Assembly (NCBI RefSeq): GCF_006345805.1
Contig: NC_042997.1
Coordinates: 31,124,001-31,188,000 of the forward strand
Reading direction: 5' to 3'
DNA: 64,000 bases
Source: Octopus sinensis
Taxonomy: Eukaryota
Shown piece after piece: positions 50,285 to 63,657 of the stretch. Each line of letters opens with the position of its first letter. Position 1 is the stretch's first letter. The position numbers and the translations under genes are program-made. The notes under the pieces were generated by a model. It had not been told where the DNA came from. It saw nothing but the letters and a program-made list of their open reading frames with translations, and did no database searches.

Positions 50285-51505
50285 TAGCACAAGGCCAGCT
50301 ATTCGTAGGGAGGGGATAAGTCAAATACATCAACCTCAGTATTTTACTGGTATTTCTTTTACCAACCCGGAAAAGAAAAAAAAAAGTTAAGTCGACCCTG
50401 GCGGAATTTGAACACAGAACGTAAAGACAGACGAAATACCTATTTCTTTACTACCCACAAGGGGCTAAACACAGAGGGGACAAACAAGGACATACAAACG
50501 GATTAAGTCGATTACATCGACCCCCTGTGCGTAAGTGGTACTTAATTTATCGACCCCGAAAGGATGAAAGGCAAAGTCGATCTCGGCAGAATTTGAACTC
50601 AGAACGTAACGGCAGACGAAATACCACTAAACATTTAGCCCAGCGTGCTGACCATTCTGCCATCTTGCCGCCATAAAGTAATTGATAATGTATCAACATA
50701 AGGCGGTGAGCTGGCAGAAACGTTAGCATGCTGGGCGAAATGCTTAGCGGTATTTCGCCTGCCGCTACGTTCTGAGTTCAAATTCCGCCGCGGTCGACTT
50801 TGCCTTTCATCCTTTCGGGGTCGATTAAATAAGTACCAGTTACGCACTGGGGTCGATATAATCGACTTAATCTGTTTGTCTGTTCTTGTTTGTTCTCTCT
50901 GTGTTTAGCCCCTTGTGGGTAGTAAAGAAATAGATATTTCGTCTGTCGTTACGTTCTGAGTTCAAATTCCACCGAGGTCGACTTTGCCTTTCATCCTTTC
51001 GGGGTCGATTAATTAGTACCAGTTACACACTGGGGTCGATATAATCGACTTAATCCGTTTGTCTGTTCTTGTTTGTCCTCTCTGTGTTTAGCCCCTTGTG
51101 GGTAGTAAAGAAATAGATATTTCGTCTGTCGTTACGTTCTAAGTTCAAATTTCGCCGAGGTCGACTTTGCCTTTCATCCTTTCGGGGTCGATAAATTAAG
51201 TACCAGTTGAGTATTGGGGTTCGATCTAATCGACTGTACCCCTCTCTCAAAATTTCGAGCGTTGTGCCTAGAGCAGAAAAGAATGATAGATCAAAATGAA
51301 ATTGAGGCGTCGAGCTGGCAGAAACGTAAAGACGGACAAAATGTTCAGTGGCTTTTCTTCCGTCTTCACGTTCTGAGTTCAGATTCCACCGAGGTCGAAT
51401 TTGCTGTTCATTCTTTCTGCATCGGTAAAATAAGAACCAGCTGATCAACGGGAACAATGTAATCGACTTGCCACCCCCACGGCTGATCTTCAGCCAAAAT
51501 TTGAC
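50285..51505. mobile_element. Meta-like SINE cluster: minus dimer (50285-50672), plus trimer (50701-51275), old copy (51305-51505)
   Basis: Heads face apart across a 28-bp spacer; junctions at 50439/50440, 50933/50934 and 51116/51117. Confidence 0.92.
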
Positions 51506-52370
51506 ACCAATATATTAAAATGAAATGGCATACAGCGGGAATGAAATTAAATGGTTAGCCTACACCATTAACTCTTCTACACTCTAACTCTCTACACTCT
51601 AACTTCTATGGCTCTAACTCTCGCTCTCTCTTTCTCTCTCTTCTCTGTCTGCCTGTGTGCCTGATTGTCTGTCTCTGTCATTCTCTCTCTCCCCCTCCCT
51701 CTCTCTGTCAACTTATATCAATACTGGAACACGCTTATACATACAAATATCATATGCATATTTATGCTACCTGTAGTTTATCCTTACCTCAATCATTATT
51801 GAAGAGAACTTTTACTAAAAGCATTTCATCCGTGACCATCTTGCCTTTCAGTGAGACAACGTATTTAGGATGATGTTGCTTTCCGTCCTTTTTTTAACGG
51901 TAGTTCCTGATTAGAAAAAAGCTTTGTCTGCTATATCTAGAAGGCTGAATGACTACGCAGAAGCTCCTTCGTTGTCTCTCATATCAACTAGTTTATATAA
52001 TTGATTATAACATCATGTAAAAGTTTCCTTAAAGGAAGCAATGAATACATTAAAATTCCAGATGAGTAGATGTTATGAGACGTGAGAAATGGAATCCAAT
52101 GAATAGCTTTCTTCCTATTTGCAATGTGAGCGCAAATAAATAAGATACTGGACGAATCGAAACTGATCCATCCATCCATACATCCATACATCCATCCATA
52201 CATACATTTATTCATACATGCACACGTATATGTACGTATATACAAATACAAACGTCTTCCTCGTTATATATACATGTGCGTGTGCGTATGTATATGTATG
52301 TATATATATGTATGTATGTATATATGTATGTATGTATATGTATGTATGTATATGTATGTATATATATATG

Positions 52371-52410
<40 letters not shown>

Positions 52411-52421
52411 GTATATAAATA

Positions 52422-52468
<47 letters not shown>

Positions 52469-52477
52469 GTATCTATG

Positions 52478-52546
<69 letters not shown>

Positions 52547-52867
52547 ACGAGGAAGACGTTTGTATATGTATATATATATACATGTATGTCTGTGTATATA
52601 TGTGAGTATGCATGTATGTATGTATCTGCTTCGATTTGTCCAGTGATTTATAATATGTGTGTGTGTGTGTGTGTGTATGTGTGTGTGTGAATGTGTGTGT
52701 GTATGTATGCATGTTTGTATTTATGTGTGTAAATACATATGAAAATTTAAGATATTTATAAATGCGCTGTAGCCTGATTACGTTTTGTATTGATATCAAC
52801 AGCTGAAATCGAAATTGCTGTTATAAGCTTCGAACAGAGACACTCACGTCTATATGTGGCAGCTCCC

Positions 52868-52882
52868 AGGCGCCTATAAAAG
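52868..52882 (+). promoter_or_regulatory. BREu-TATA-like core promoter motif
   Basis: AGGCGCC immediately followed by TATAAAAG in unique sequence; no downstream exon identified. Confidence 0.25.
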
Positions 52883-53305
52883 CCCTTTGGTGCTGATAGC
52901 TGGATAAAACCTGCTATTAACTGACAGCAACTCATGCTTACCGTTTCAAATCATCAGCGAAATAACGTTAATTTCGCCGGATCGTTTATACTGGCGGGAC
53001 TTACGTAGACAGGGTAACTGTCAAAATTGTAACACCGAAGTTGCGATTGACATGGCAGATAGCGACAGAATGGCGCTCTTCCGGTTGTTGATAGTGGAGA
53101 AACCTCCTCTTTTATATCGAGAAGAATCACTTTGTTTCGAAACTGGTGGCATCCGTATGATAAAAGGCGAATGATTGTATTAGAAACGAAAGAAAGAAGT
53201 GAAGAAGCGAACGAGGAAAATGAGAGGAAGGAGACGTGGAAGTTGTAGGAACATATAGGAATATTAAAAGAACTTTCTTTCCTTTCTGTGCATACAGTTT
53301 GTAAT

Positions 53306-53358
<53 letters not shown>

Positions 53359-54089
53359 ACCACAAGCATTAAGATCACTTTAATGGGATTCAGTAGAATA
53401 TTGTTTTCCCCATCCAGCTTCTGTTAAAATCATTAAATACTTGAATAAGTTCAATTTTGATGGACGCCCATGACTTTAATCTTTCTGTTGATTGTCTCCT
53501 CTTTTATATATTTATTTATTTATTTATTTATTTATTTATTTGTTTGTTCTTTGGTTCTTTGTATCAGTTTTCATAGTAGAAATTTTACTGTAACGTTCAG
53601 CTTAATATAATGAACGATATATATATAAGACTCATAACTTCGTAGAAGCCACGCTACGATTTCACTTCACATCAGAGTATTTTATTTTGTTTTTTTTTTG
53701 TTTCTTGGGTGGTGGTGGTGGTGATAGATTAGATTTTGTATTTTTTGTTATATCCTTGTCTTTATAAATTTCACATTAAAAATGCGGCATTTGTTATAAT
53801 ATATCATAGAACTATGCACCAGAAATTTAGAATAAGTAATAAGCAAATCCCAACAGACCGTGACCGAGGAAGCAGGTTCGTTTCACAGTCATGCCATGCT
53901 GGCTGACAAGGGACCTTTTACGCCGAAACAGCGGCAAAAATCTACCTGAAATTACATCCCAACGAAATAGCAAATGTAAGATACACATTGGAAAAAAAAT
54001 GGCGGGATCACGACTGAAATGTTTTTGATCATGTTTTCTGCATCAAAAGCGAGAGCCACAAAACATATACATACAGAGGGGAAAAAAGT

Positions 54090-54125
<36 letters not shown>

Positions 54126-54264
54126 GGAGAAAGAGAGAGAAGGGGGTAATATTGTATTAGTTATTAATTAGTAATTTCTCCCCTTATTAAGATTAAACCC
54201 ACGGGATGTAGTACGTGGTTTAAGTAGGTGGGAGGAAGAATCACGCTGCCTAAGCTATATATAC

Positions 54265-54347
<83 letters not shown>

Positions 54348-55230
54348 TATATATGTGAACATAGTCCATTTTACATTCACACACACACATATGTATGTAC
54401 GTATGTATTATATACATGCACACTAATGTAAAACATGCATATTTCTCATGGATATGCTTGCAAGGATAACTGAACAAGTATAGGCGCACATGCATCAGTG
54501 CTAATATACATATGCATGCATACAACTGCATACTTACATGCACAAATACATATTATTAAACACATGTATACACACTCAGAGACATACATGCAAAATTGGT
54601 TCTTTCGTTATAATAATTTAAAGAAAGGTCAGCATTTTAATCAAATTTCTTATTTTTACCTCTTCTTTTTTCGTTTGTTTTGGTTCTTATTAATATTTGT
54701 TTTCTGTTGTGACCTCATCAGAATTATAACACTTTATTATTTTCATCAAACCAAAATGAGGATCATTAAAAAAGATCTTGCAATAACAGGGGACTGAATG
54801 AAGGGTAGGGTAATAGCATGAAGAATTTAACGCATTAATGTCAAACAAAGGGAAAGCGAGATTGCATTAAATGTCCATAATAAAACGTATCAAAGACATC
54901 ACATACGCTAAAAGCGTTCGTAAATGTTTTTTTTGAAGCTGGTGTTTTCATCAAATTTTATATCGAAATGAACTTGCCGGCTTCATTAACCTCATATTTT
55001 TATGTTCATTAACTTCACACCTTTACGTTAATCAAGTGCTGCAATATCAGCTTTCAATCATTTATCCTTTCTCTGATTATTCTTTCTCTTCCTATACTTG
55101 TCCTTCATCATCGTTATTGTCGTTGTTTGTTGTTGTTGCTGTTGTTGTTGTTGATGTGGCGGCGGTGGTGGTAATGGTAGTGGTGGTTGTGGAGGTGATT
55201 GAGAAATCATTATTAGTGTTGTTTTCTTAC

Positions 55231-55425
55231 GGCGGTGAGATGGCAGAGTTGTTAGCGCTCCGAACAAAACGCTTAGTAGAATTTCATCTGGCTCTTTCAC
55301 GTCCTGACTGAGTTCAAATCCCGCCGAAGTCAACATTGTCTTTCATTCTTTCAGCGTCGATAAAATAAGTACCAGCTGAGTGCAGGGGTCACTGTTATCG
55401 ACTATCCCTCTCTCGTTAAAACTGA
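55231..55425 (+). mobile_element. Old Meta-like SINE
   Basis: ggcggtgagatggcagagttgttagc...gagttcaaatcccgccgaagtcaac. Confidence 0.75.
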
Positions 55426-55575
55426 TAGCCTGTGTTCAAGTCATAGGCTTTGTATCAGTGACGTGAAGCAAATATCATTATTACTGGAATGTTACCTGCC
55501 ATATAATTGTATTTTGATGCTGGGATTATGATTTACCAAAGTGGCGAATTAATGTTACAGTAATGCACAATAATT

Positions 55576-55881
55576 GTGGAGGTGCAATGGCCCAGTGGCT
55601 AGGGCAGCGGACTCGCGGTCGGAGGATCGCGGTTTCGATTCTAATACCGGGCGTTGTGTGTGTTTATTGAGCGAAAACGCTTAAAAGCTCCACGAGGCTC
55701 CGGCAGGAGGGTCGTGGCGATCCCTGTTATACTCTTTCGCCACAACTTTCTCTTGCTCTCTCTTCCTGTTTCTTGAGTAACGCTGCGATGGACTGGCGTC
55801 CCGTCCAGCTGGGGAGAACACATACGCCATAGAAACCGGGAAACTGGGCCCATGAGCCTAGCTAGGCTTGAAAAGGGTGAG
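55576..55881 (+). mobile_element. Family C head with V-domain-like body SINE, 14-bp TSD
   Basis: TSD AATG(C/T)ACAATAATT at 55562-55575 and 55882-55895. The segment ctgcgatggactggcgtcccgtccag...gaaaccggg resembles the V-SINE domain. Confidence 0.9.
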
Positions 55882-56054
55882 AATGTACAATAATTATACT
55901 TCTACGATTCTTATTCAGGGTGAAGAAATTAATGCTAACTTTCTAAATATAAAAAAATATTAATTACATTAGAATATAATTAATTAAAGCAAATTTCTTA
56001 AATATTTACAGTAAATCTATCTTCTTCCTTTTATCAATTAATTGCTTCAGTAAT

Positions 56055-56412
56055 TAGCGTGCTGTCATGTCGGGGCACGACCATGACAGTTTAGTTGAAC
56101 GAATCGACCCCAGCACTTACTTTTTAAAGTATCTATTAGTATTTTTCGCCGGACCGCTAAGGTACTAGAATGTAAACAAACCAACATTGGTCGTCGAGTG
56201 ATGGTGGGAGACAAAACAAAACACAGAGACACACACACATATGTAGAACGAGATTCTTCACAGTTTCCGTTTACTAAATTCCCTTACAATGTATTGCTCG
56301 GCCCATAGCTATGGTAGAAAACTTGCCCAAAGTGCCGTACAGTGGGACTGAACCTAAAACCTTGTGGATTGCAAGAAGTGCTTTTTAACAATACAGCCAT
56401 ACCTGTGCCTAT
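56055..56412 (-). mobile_element. Old family A SINE
   Basis: Diverged match along its length. Confidence 0.7.
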
Positions 56413-57504
56413 ATGTTATCAATGGCTATAAAACTGTTTATCTACTAATTAATTATATGTAACATACCTGTCAATTCCACATAAGGTAACGTGAGGTTTT
56501 TAGCGTGATTAAACAACAAACAATTGATTAGGGAAGGGTCCTGAATAACGGAAACTGTAGTGTGTCAAACAAAACGCTTTATAAACGTACATTGCTGCGT
56601 ATTTTCATGTTGTGAGTTTAAATTCTGTCGGGGCCAGGTAAGCCTTTTTATCCTTCTGGATCGAATAAAATGAGGAGGACTAAGATTGATCTGATTTGCT
56701 ATTTCCAGATGTCTAACGCTGAGCCTATGTTAGTAAAATTTACTGAACCTGATAGAGCACTCTTCATGTTTTGAGCACAAATACCACCGTGGTTGATTTT
56801 TCTTTTCATACTTCTGGAGTTCGATTCTGTTGATTTTGTCCTTCCTCATAAAATTTCCAATCTTGTGCGAATGTTAGAAATAATGTTTGCGTTAAATGTA
56901 AAGATAGTATTGCTTGATTTTAGTATAGTACAAGACTAATTTTTGTATGACTTGCATATATTTATTATTCTCTCTTTGTCCCTTGAATTAAACATCAAAG
57001 CCCTTACAACCAATATTTTACATTTTTTATAAACGTAAGGTAATATTGTATAACATAGTATAAGATACACTATAACTAAAATAGATAAATAAATAAGTAA
57101 AAAGCGAAGCGATGACCGAGTGTCTACAGCTGAAACGCTTTCCATAATAGACCTCTCCATCAGAACTAGTCAAGGATTAAACAGCAACAAAAATAACACA
57201 TGTAATTCTTCTAAGTAAACGATAAGCAACGTTAGTCAAGAGTCATATATATATAAATATATATATATACAGTAATTCTTCGACTATCGCGGGTGTTACG
57301 TTCCAAAACCTGCTGCAATAGATGAAAATCCGCGAAGTAGAAACAGTACTGTACTGAATATATATTTTATTGTTATTTTTATAATTTGTATGTATTTATT
57401 TATTTTATTATAAACGCAAAACAGCACCACGGAGGAATCGAATAGACATAAGGTTAGATAATATACCGTGATAGGTGATCCGCGATATCGCGAAGGATTA
57501 CTGA

Positions 57505-57535
<31 letters not shown>

Positions 57536-57599
57536 TGTATGTATGTATGTATGCATGCATGCATGTATGTATGAATGTATGTATGTATATCTATGTGTG

Positions 57600-57815
57600 T
57601 GTATTTGTGTCTGAGTTTGTTCCACCACTAACACCACTTGATAGTCGGTGTTGGTGTGTTTGTGTCCCGGAAACTTAGCGGTTCAGCAAAAGTCTTCAAT
57701 AGAATAAGTACCAGGCTTAAAAAATAAGTACTGGATTCGATTCATTCGGCTAAATGCTCAAGGTAGTGCTCCAGCATGGCCGCAGTCTAATGACTGAAAA
57801 GACTAAAAGATAAAC
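57600..57815 (+). mobile_element. Family A SINE 3' half after (TATG)n
   Basis: gtcggtgttggtgtgtttgtgtccc...gtgctccagcatggccgcagtc. Confidence 0.8.
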
Positions 57816-58203
57816 GATATATTCATACATATGCTTCAGAAACAAACGTAAGTCGAGTAGAGAACGTAATAAAAGCTTGTATAAGCGGTAATGAAGCAAA
57901 AATGTTATGCAAAAAAACTTCATTGGCTTAGAGCTGTTTCTGCTATTGGATGCAAGCAGATTTGAGCGCTTCTGTATCACCGTAAGCTCTAACGAAGTTT
58001 TTAAGGGTATACATAAGCACTAAACTATGAGTGTTTTTTATCCTATGGGAGAAACAGCTGTAAGCTAATAAAGTTCATTACGTAATTTCTTGATTCCTTG
58101 TGATTTATACAATCTCGTATTATGCTCTGTACTCGACTTAAGTTGTTTTCTGAAACGTATGTATCTTGAGTCCTGACACCAGGTTAGTATCGCTATGCTT
58201 AAG

Positions 58204-58246
<43 letters not shown>

Positions 58247-58247
<1 letters not shown>

Positions 58248-58908
58248 CTTTTACTTGTTTCAGTCATTTGACTGCAGTCATGCTGGAGCACCGACTTTTA
58301 GTCGAACAAATCGACCCCAGGATTTATTCTTTGCAAGCCTAGTACTTATTCTACTGGTCTCTTTTGCCGAACTGCTAAGTAACGGGGACATAAACACACC
58401 AACATCAGTTGTCAAGTGATGGTGGGGGATAAAAACACAAACACATAAATACATACATACATACACACAAACATACATACATGCATACATATATACATAC
58501 ATAGGCGCAGGAGTGGCTGTGTAGTAAGTAGCGTGTTTACCAACCACATGGTTCCTGGGTTCAGTCCCACTGCGTGGCACCTTGGGCAAGTGTCTTCTAC
58601 TATTGCCTCGGGCCGACCAAAGCCTTGTGAGTGGATTTGGTAGACGGAAACTGAAAGAAGCCCGTCGTATATATGTATATATATATGCGTGCGTATGTTT
58701 GTGTGTCTGTGTTTGTCCCCTAGCATTGCTTGACAACCGATGCTGGTGTGTTTACGTCCCCGTCACTTAGCGGTTCGGCAAAAGAGACCGATAGAATAAG
58801 TACTGGGCTTACAAAAGAATAAGTCCCGGGGTCGATTTGCTCGATTAAAGGCGGTGCTCCAGCATGGCCGCAGTCAATGACTGAAACAAGTAAAAGAAAA
58901 AAAGAATA

Positions 58909-58955
<47 letters not shown>

Positions 58956-59113
58956 ACGGACTTCTTTCAGTTTTCGCCTACCAGATCCACTCACAAGGCT
59001 TTGGTGGGGCCAAGGCTATAGTAAAAGACACTTGTACAAGGTGCCACGCAGTGGGATCGAACCCGGGACTATGTGGTTTAGAAGCAAGCTTCTTACCACA
59101 CAACCACTCCTGC
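58247..59113. mobile_element. Family A SINE (+, 58501-58897) nested in the internal microsatellite of a minus-strand family A SINE (tail 58247-58445, head 58954-59113)
   Basis: Order and orientation of the halves are seen directly. Confidence 0.88.
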
Positions 59114-59251
59114 ATATATATATATATATATGTGTGTGTGTGTATAGTAAAGTCAAAGAAGACGAAGAACAAACACAAGAAAAAAGACAACAACGCGTGG
59201 ACGTGGTACATGTAAAGTATTAGCAGACGCTCAGGGAAAGAAAGAAAGGTG

Positions 59252-59287
59252 GTTTTAACGTTTCGAGCAAAGCTATTCTTCAGAAAC
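59252..59287 (-). ncRNA. Degenerate hammerhead motif in unit 59146-59349
   Basis: Minus strand GTTT-CTGAAGA-A-TAGC ttt GCTC-GAAA-CG-TT-AAAAC; helix II closing pair is T-C. Confidence 0.5.
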
Positions 59288-59670
59288 AGGAGACAGAGGA
59301 AAGTCCAAGAGAAAAGGAAGGCGGGAAGAAAAATCGTTAACGATTCACATATGAGGCCCTTCCATCAAGAACGACGTGTTACTCGAAGTAGCATTGCCCA
59401 TAAGGCAATCTACCCGATATCCCAATTCGCCACCTTTCCTAGGTATACTATGCCCCCACCCCACCAAAAAAAAAAAACAAAGACAGGATGGTTACGGATG
59501 GAAATATACTTCATCATGCTCGGTCAGGGCTGACCCGGGTTAAAATAGCAATTACAACTATGTGGACGGTGAAGTAATCAGATTCTATTCAAATTAAGTA
59601 GGAACCTACAACAGTTTGCCTATTCTACCACTAGCTTTGATTTTATAACCCCCAGGACACATCCAGCCGT

Positions 59671-59956
59671 AGTGGAGGCACATGGCCTGGTGGTTAGAGC
59701 AGCGGACTCGCAGTCGAGGGATCACGCGTTCGAATCTCAGACCGGACGATGTGTGTGTTTATGAGCGAAACACCTAAGCTCCACGCGGCTCCGGCAGAAG
59801 GTAATGGCGTACTTCTGCTGACTCTTTCGCCACAACTTTCTCTCACTCTTTCCTCCTGCATCTTGCAGTTCACCTGCGACGGACCGGCGTCCCATCCAGG
59901 TAAGGAACCTATACGCCAAGGAAACCGGGAAACCGGCCCTTATGAGCCGAGAAGGA
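59671..59956 (+). mobile_element. Family C head with V-domain-like body SINE, 12-bp TSD
   Basis: TSD ACATCCAGCCGT at 59659-59670 and 59957-59968. Confidence 0.9.
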
Positions 59957-60340
59957 ACATCCAGCCGTTATTTACGCATGGATAACATCGTATCCTTGGG
60001 ATTAGAACTCCGCACCTCAACGGCTGAAAACAATATCCGAAGTCATTTACTCGGCTGCACCAGTCACTTTGCTAATCCGATCCAACCCTCTTAATGAATC
60101 ATAATGGTTATAATCATTACCGAGTAATGTGCTGTCACTTAAAAAATAATTACTGTAGTTTTTGGTGGGGAGATATGACTTTATATATATATATATGTGT
60201 GTGTGTGTGCATGTGTATGTGTGTGTGTGTGTATACATACATATTCAATGTGTTCATATATATGTGTGTGTGTATATATATATATATATCAATATTCAAT
60301 ATATTCATATATATGTATATATATATATAAATATTCAATG

Positions 60341-60372
<32 letters not shown>

Positions 60373-60398
60373 TGTATGTATGTATGTATGTATGTATG

Positions 60399-60452
<54 letters not shown>

Positions 60453-61193
60453 ACAATCAGTAAGCGTTTTGTAGCTTTTTCAAAAATTTACGTTGCAGAA
60501 ATATCATTTCTGTTTTGCAGTGTTTGTGTGTACGTACGCTTATCTGTGTGCTTAATTGAGTGTACATTTATATGAGTATGCATACGTGTGTGTATAAGAA
60601 TATATGCATGCATATGCGAATGTATATGCATGTATGCATGCATATGCGAATGTATATGCATGTATGTATATATCTTATATATCTGTACGTACATCACTGT
60701 ATGTGTCCGTTTGAATGATTTTCTGTGTTTTCTTCATATCCCCCTTTTATTTCAATGCAATCTATGAGAGCGTGTAAAGTGTATGTGTGTCTATTAATTT
60801 TGAAACATAATTGCACGTCTGTGTTGTCAGTGTGTGTGCATATTCCTCTGTCTTTGGGGCTCTGTGTGCGTGCGTGCGTGTGTATATATATATATGTGTG
60901 TGTCTAAGAGTAGATATGTACGTTCAGTTTCTCTAGTTAAATACGAGCCAGTTGCTGTATGATGATTACCGTTTGACAGTCGGGACTGTTGTTAATGATA
61001 CAGACCTCTGCAATAGCCAGACATGGAAGCGCCAGGGTTGCGGAACGAACTGTGATAATCACAGATCACCCTCACGTAATGTTGGCAGCAAACGGCACCA
61101 TAAGTCCATCAAGGACTCATTCTAAACAGTATATTTTATGCAATAATCACCTATTGAGAAGAAGGTGGTAAGATCAAGAAATTCTTCCTCTTA

Positions 61194-61209
61194 TAGCGCC
61201 ACCTGTCTG
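61194..61209 (-). promoter_or_regulatory. CTCF-like motif
   Basis: Minus strand CAGACAGGTGGCGCTA; the core CAGGTGGCGCTA is intact. Confidence 0.25.
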
Positions 61210-61351
61210 TCTCAGTTAATACGCCAAGTCGGCTAAACCGGTAGGCAAAACTTCAAACCATCCATCTATACATCCATACTTCCTTTATCTTCCCATCTCT
61301 CTTCCCCACTCTCCCTCCCTCCCTCTCATCTCCCTCCCAACCCTCCCCACC

Positions 61352-61423
<72 letters not shown>

Positions 61424-62289
61424 GTGTGCATCCATCTATATATTTGTTTATTATCATATCCATCTATATCTATCTACCTTTCCCCTCTTCTTCTTCGTCT
61501 TCTTCGTCTTCTTCTTCTTCTTCTTCTTCTTCTTCTTCTTCTTCTTCTTCTTCTTCTTCTTCGTCTTCTTCGTCTTCTTCTTCTTCTCCCCCCTCCCTCT
61601 CTATATATATGTTTATCGCATTTATCTATCCATCCATCTATTCATCCTCTATACGCTTAACGTTCAGCTAAACATCACACCCCACTCCCCACCCATCCAT
61701 TCTATTCTATCCGTGCATTCAGCCAGTTAACCACCTTCTCCCCCCTCCTGTCATTCACTGCATGGGACACAACACAAACTGATAAATCCTTTTGTTCTCC
61801 AGGCTTTCGTCTTATAACAACTACTCACTCTTCTTTTCTTTTGTCTCCCCCCCCCCAACCACCTTTACCAAACGCCTCTGCTATAAACGCCCCGGATCTG
61901 GTCGCTTCTGATGAGGTCGACAAAGGTCACACGGCGTGCGTGTTCCTTTATCGGCTATTAGCAATCGCGTGAATGTTATCTGTCGTTAAGTTGAAGGAAT
62001 ATCTAATGCTAGTAGAATGCTAGTTGCTTATCAATAAACTACCTCCTCAGTGTTAAGGTAGGAAAAACTACCTCTGGCTCCAACAAGTCAGAAAAAGAAG
62101 AAAGGAAGAAGAAAGAAGAGAAAGAAAGAAAGAAAGGAGGAAGTGAGAAAACTTACCTGACAGAGGCAATTGCGTGTTTTCCAGATTGAATCAGAGACAT
62201 TAAAACAGAGAGAGAGAGAGGGGGGACGGAAAATTACATTCTTGGAAAAAATTGAAAGCGTGTTGTAGGATTAATTACTTGTATGTTAT

Positions 62290-62427
62290 TATGATCTCTA
62301 TGTATGCATCTCTGTATGTATGTATGTATGTATGTATGTATGTATGTATGTATGTATGTATGTATGTATTGTATGTATGTATGTATGTATGTATGTATGT
62401 ATGTATGTATGTATGTATTGTATGTAT

Positions 62428-62459
<32 letters not shown>

Positions 62460-62737
62460 TGTATGTATGTATGTATTGTATGTATGTATGTATGCATGTA
62501 TGTATGTATTATGCATGCATGTATGTATGTATGAATGTATGTATGCATGTATATATGTATACATGTATGCATGTATGTATGTATGTATGTATGTATGTAT
62601 GTATTATGCATGAATGCATGTATGTATGTATGTATGTATGTGTGCATGTATGTATGTATGTATGTCTGTATGTATGCATGCATGCATACATGTATGTACA
62701 CATGCGTGCATGTATGTATGTATGCATCTATCTATCT

Positions 62738-62777
<40 letters not shown>

Positions 62778-62778
62778 C

Positions 62779-62830
<52 letters not shown>

Positions 62831-63399
62831 GCATGCATGCATGTATGAATGCCTACGTATATTTAGGTATGTATGTGTTTGCATATATGTGTGTATGCAT
62901 TTATGCATGCATACATGTATACGTGCATGTTTATCACGTGAGAGGAAAGGAAACTAAGTAAATGCTCTCTTTTCTACCTTACACACACACACACACGCAC
63001 ACACACATACACACGTATGTATGCATGATAATGTATAAATACTCAGGGGCACACACATAGAAATGTATATATGTACATATATATGTGTGGGTATATGTAT
63101 ATACGCACACACATAGATACACACGCACACACACAGATACATACATACCTGCACACACACACACACATAGATACACACACGCACACACACAGATACATAC
63201 ATACCTGCACACACACACACATAGATACACACACGCACAAACACAGATACATACATACCTGCGCGCGCACGCACACGCACACACGCACACGCACACACAT
63301 ACGCGTAATGGCCCAAACCTTTAGGGGAAACAGGTAAGATTGAATTATAAATAATAGTACTGTGAAATTAGTCTTGTTAAAGACCCTTCCACACCTAGC

Positions 63400-63497
<98 letters not shown>

Positions 63498-63500
63498 ATA
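62290..63500. repeat. (TATG)n, (TATC)n, (CA)n and (TA)n microsatellite field with short higher-order units
   Basis: Seen directly. Confidence 0.95.
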
Positions 63501-63657
63501 CATATGTGTGTGTATGTGTGTTTAATTGGAAAGTGATCAATAATTTTTATTTAGTTGTTTGGCATCTGTTATCTGGCTAAATAATTACGTAGTAGATACT
63601 AGACTAGTTGGTGAGAAATCACAATTAAGTTACCTTGTAACAATACAGAACGGTATT

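Noticed and set aside
61904-61935. CTGATGAG as a hammerhead core
   Set aside because: No downstream GAAA or helix II.
62150-62168. acttacctgacagagg resembling the U1 snRNA 5' end
   Set aside because: Similarity stops after about 17 nt; it is simply the complement of a donor consensus.
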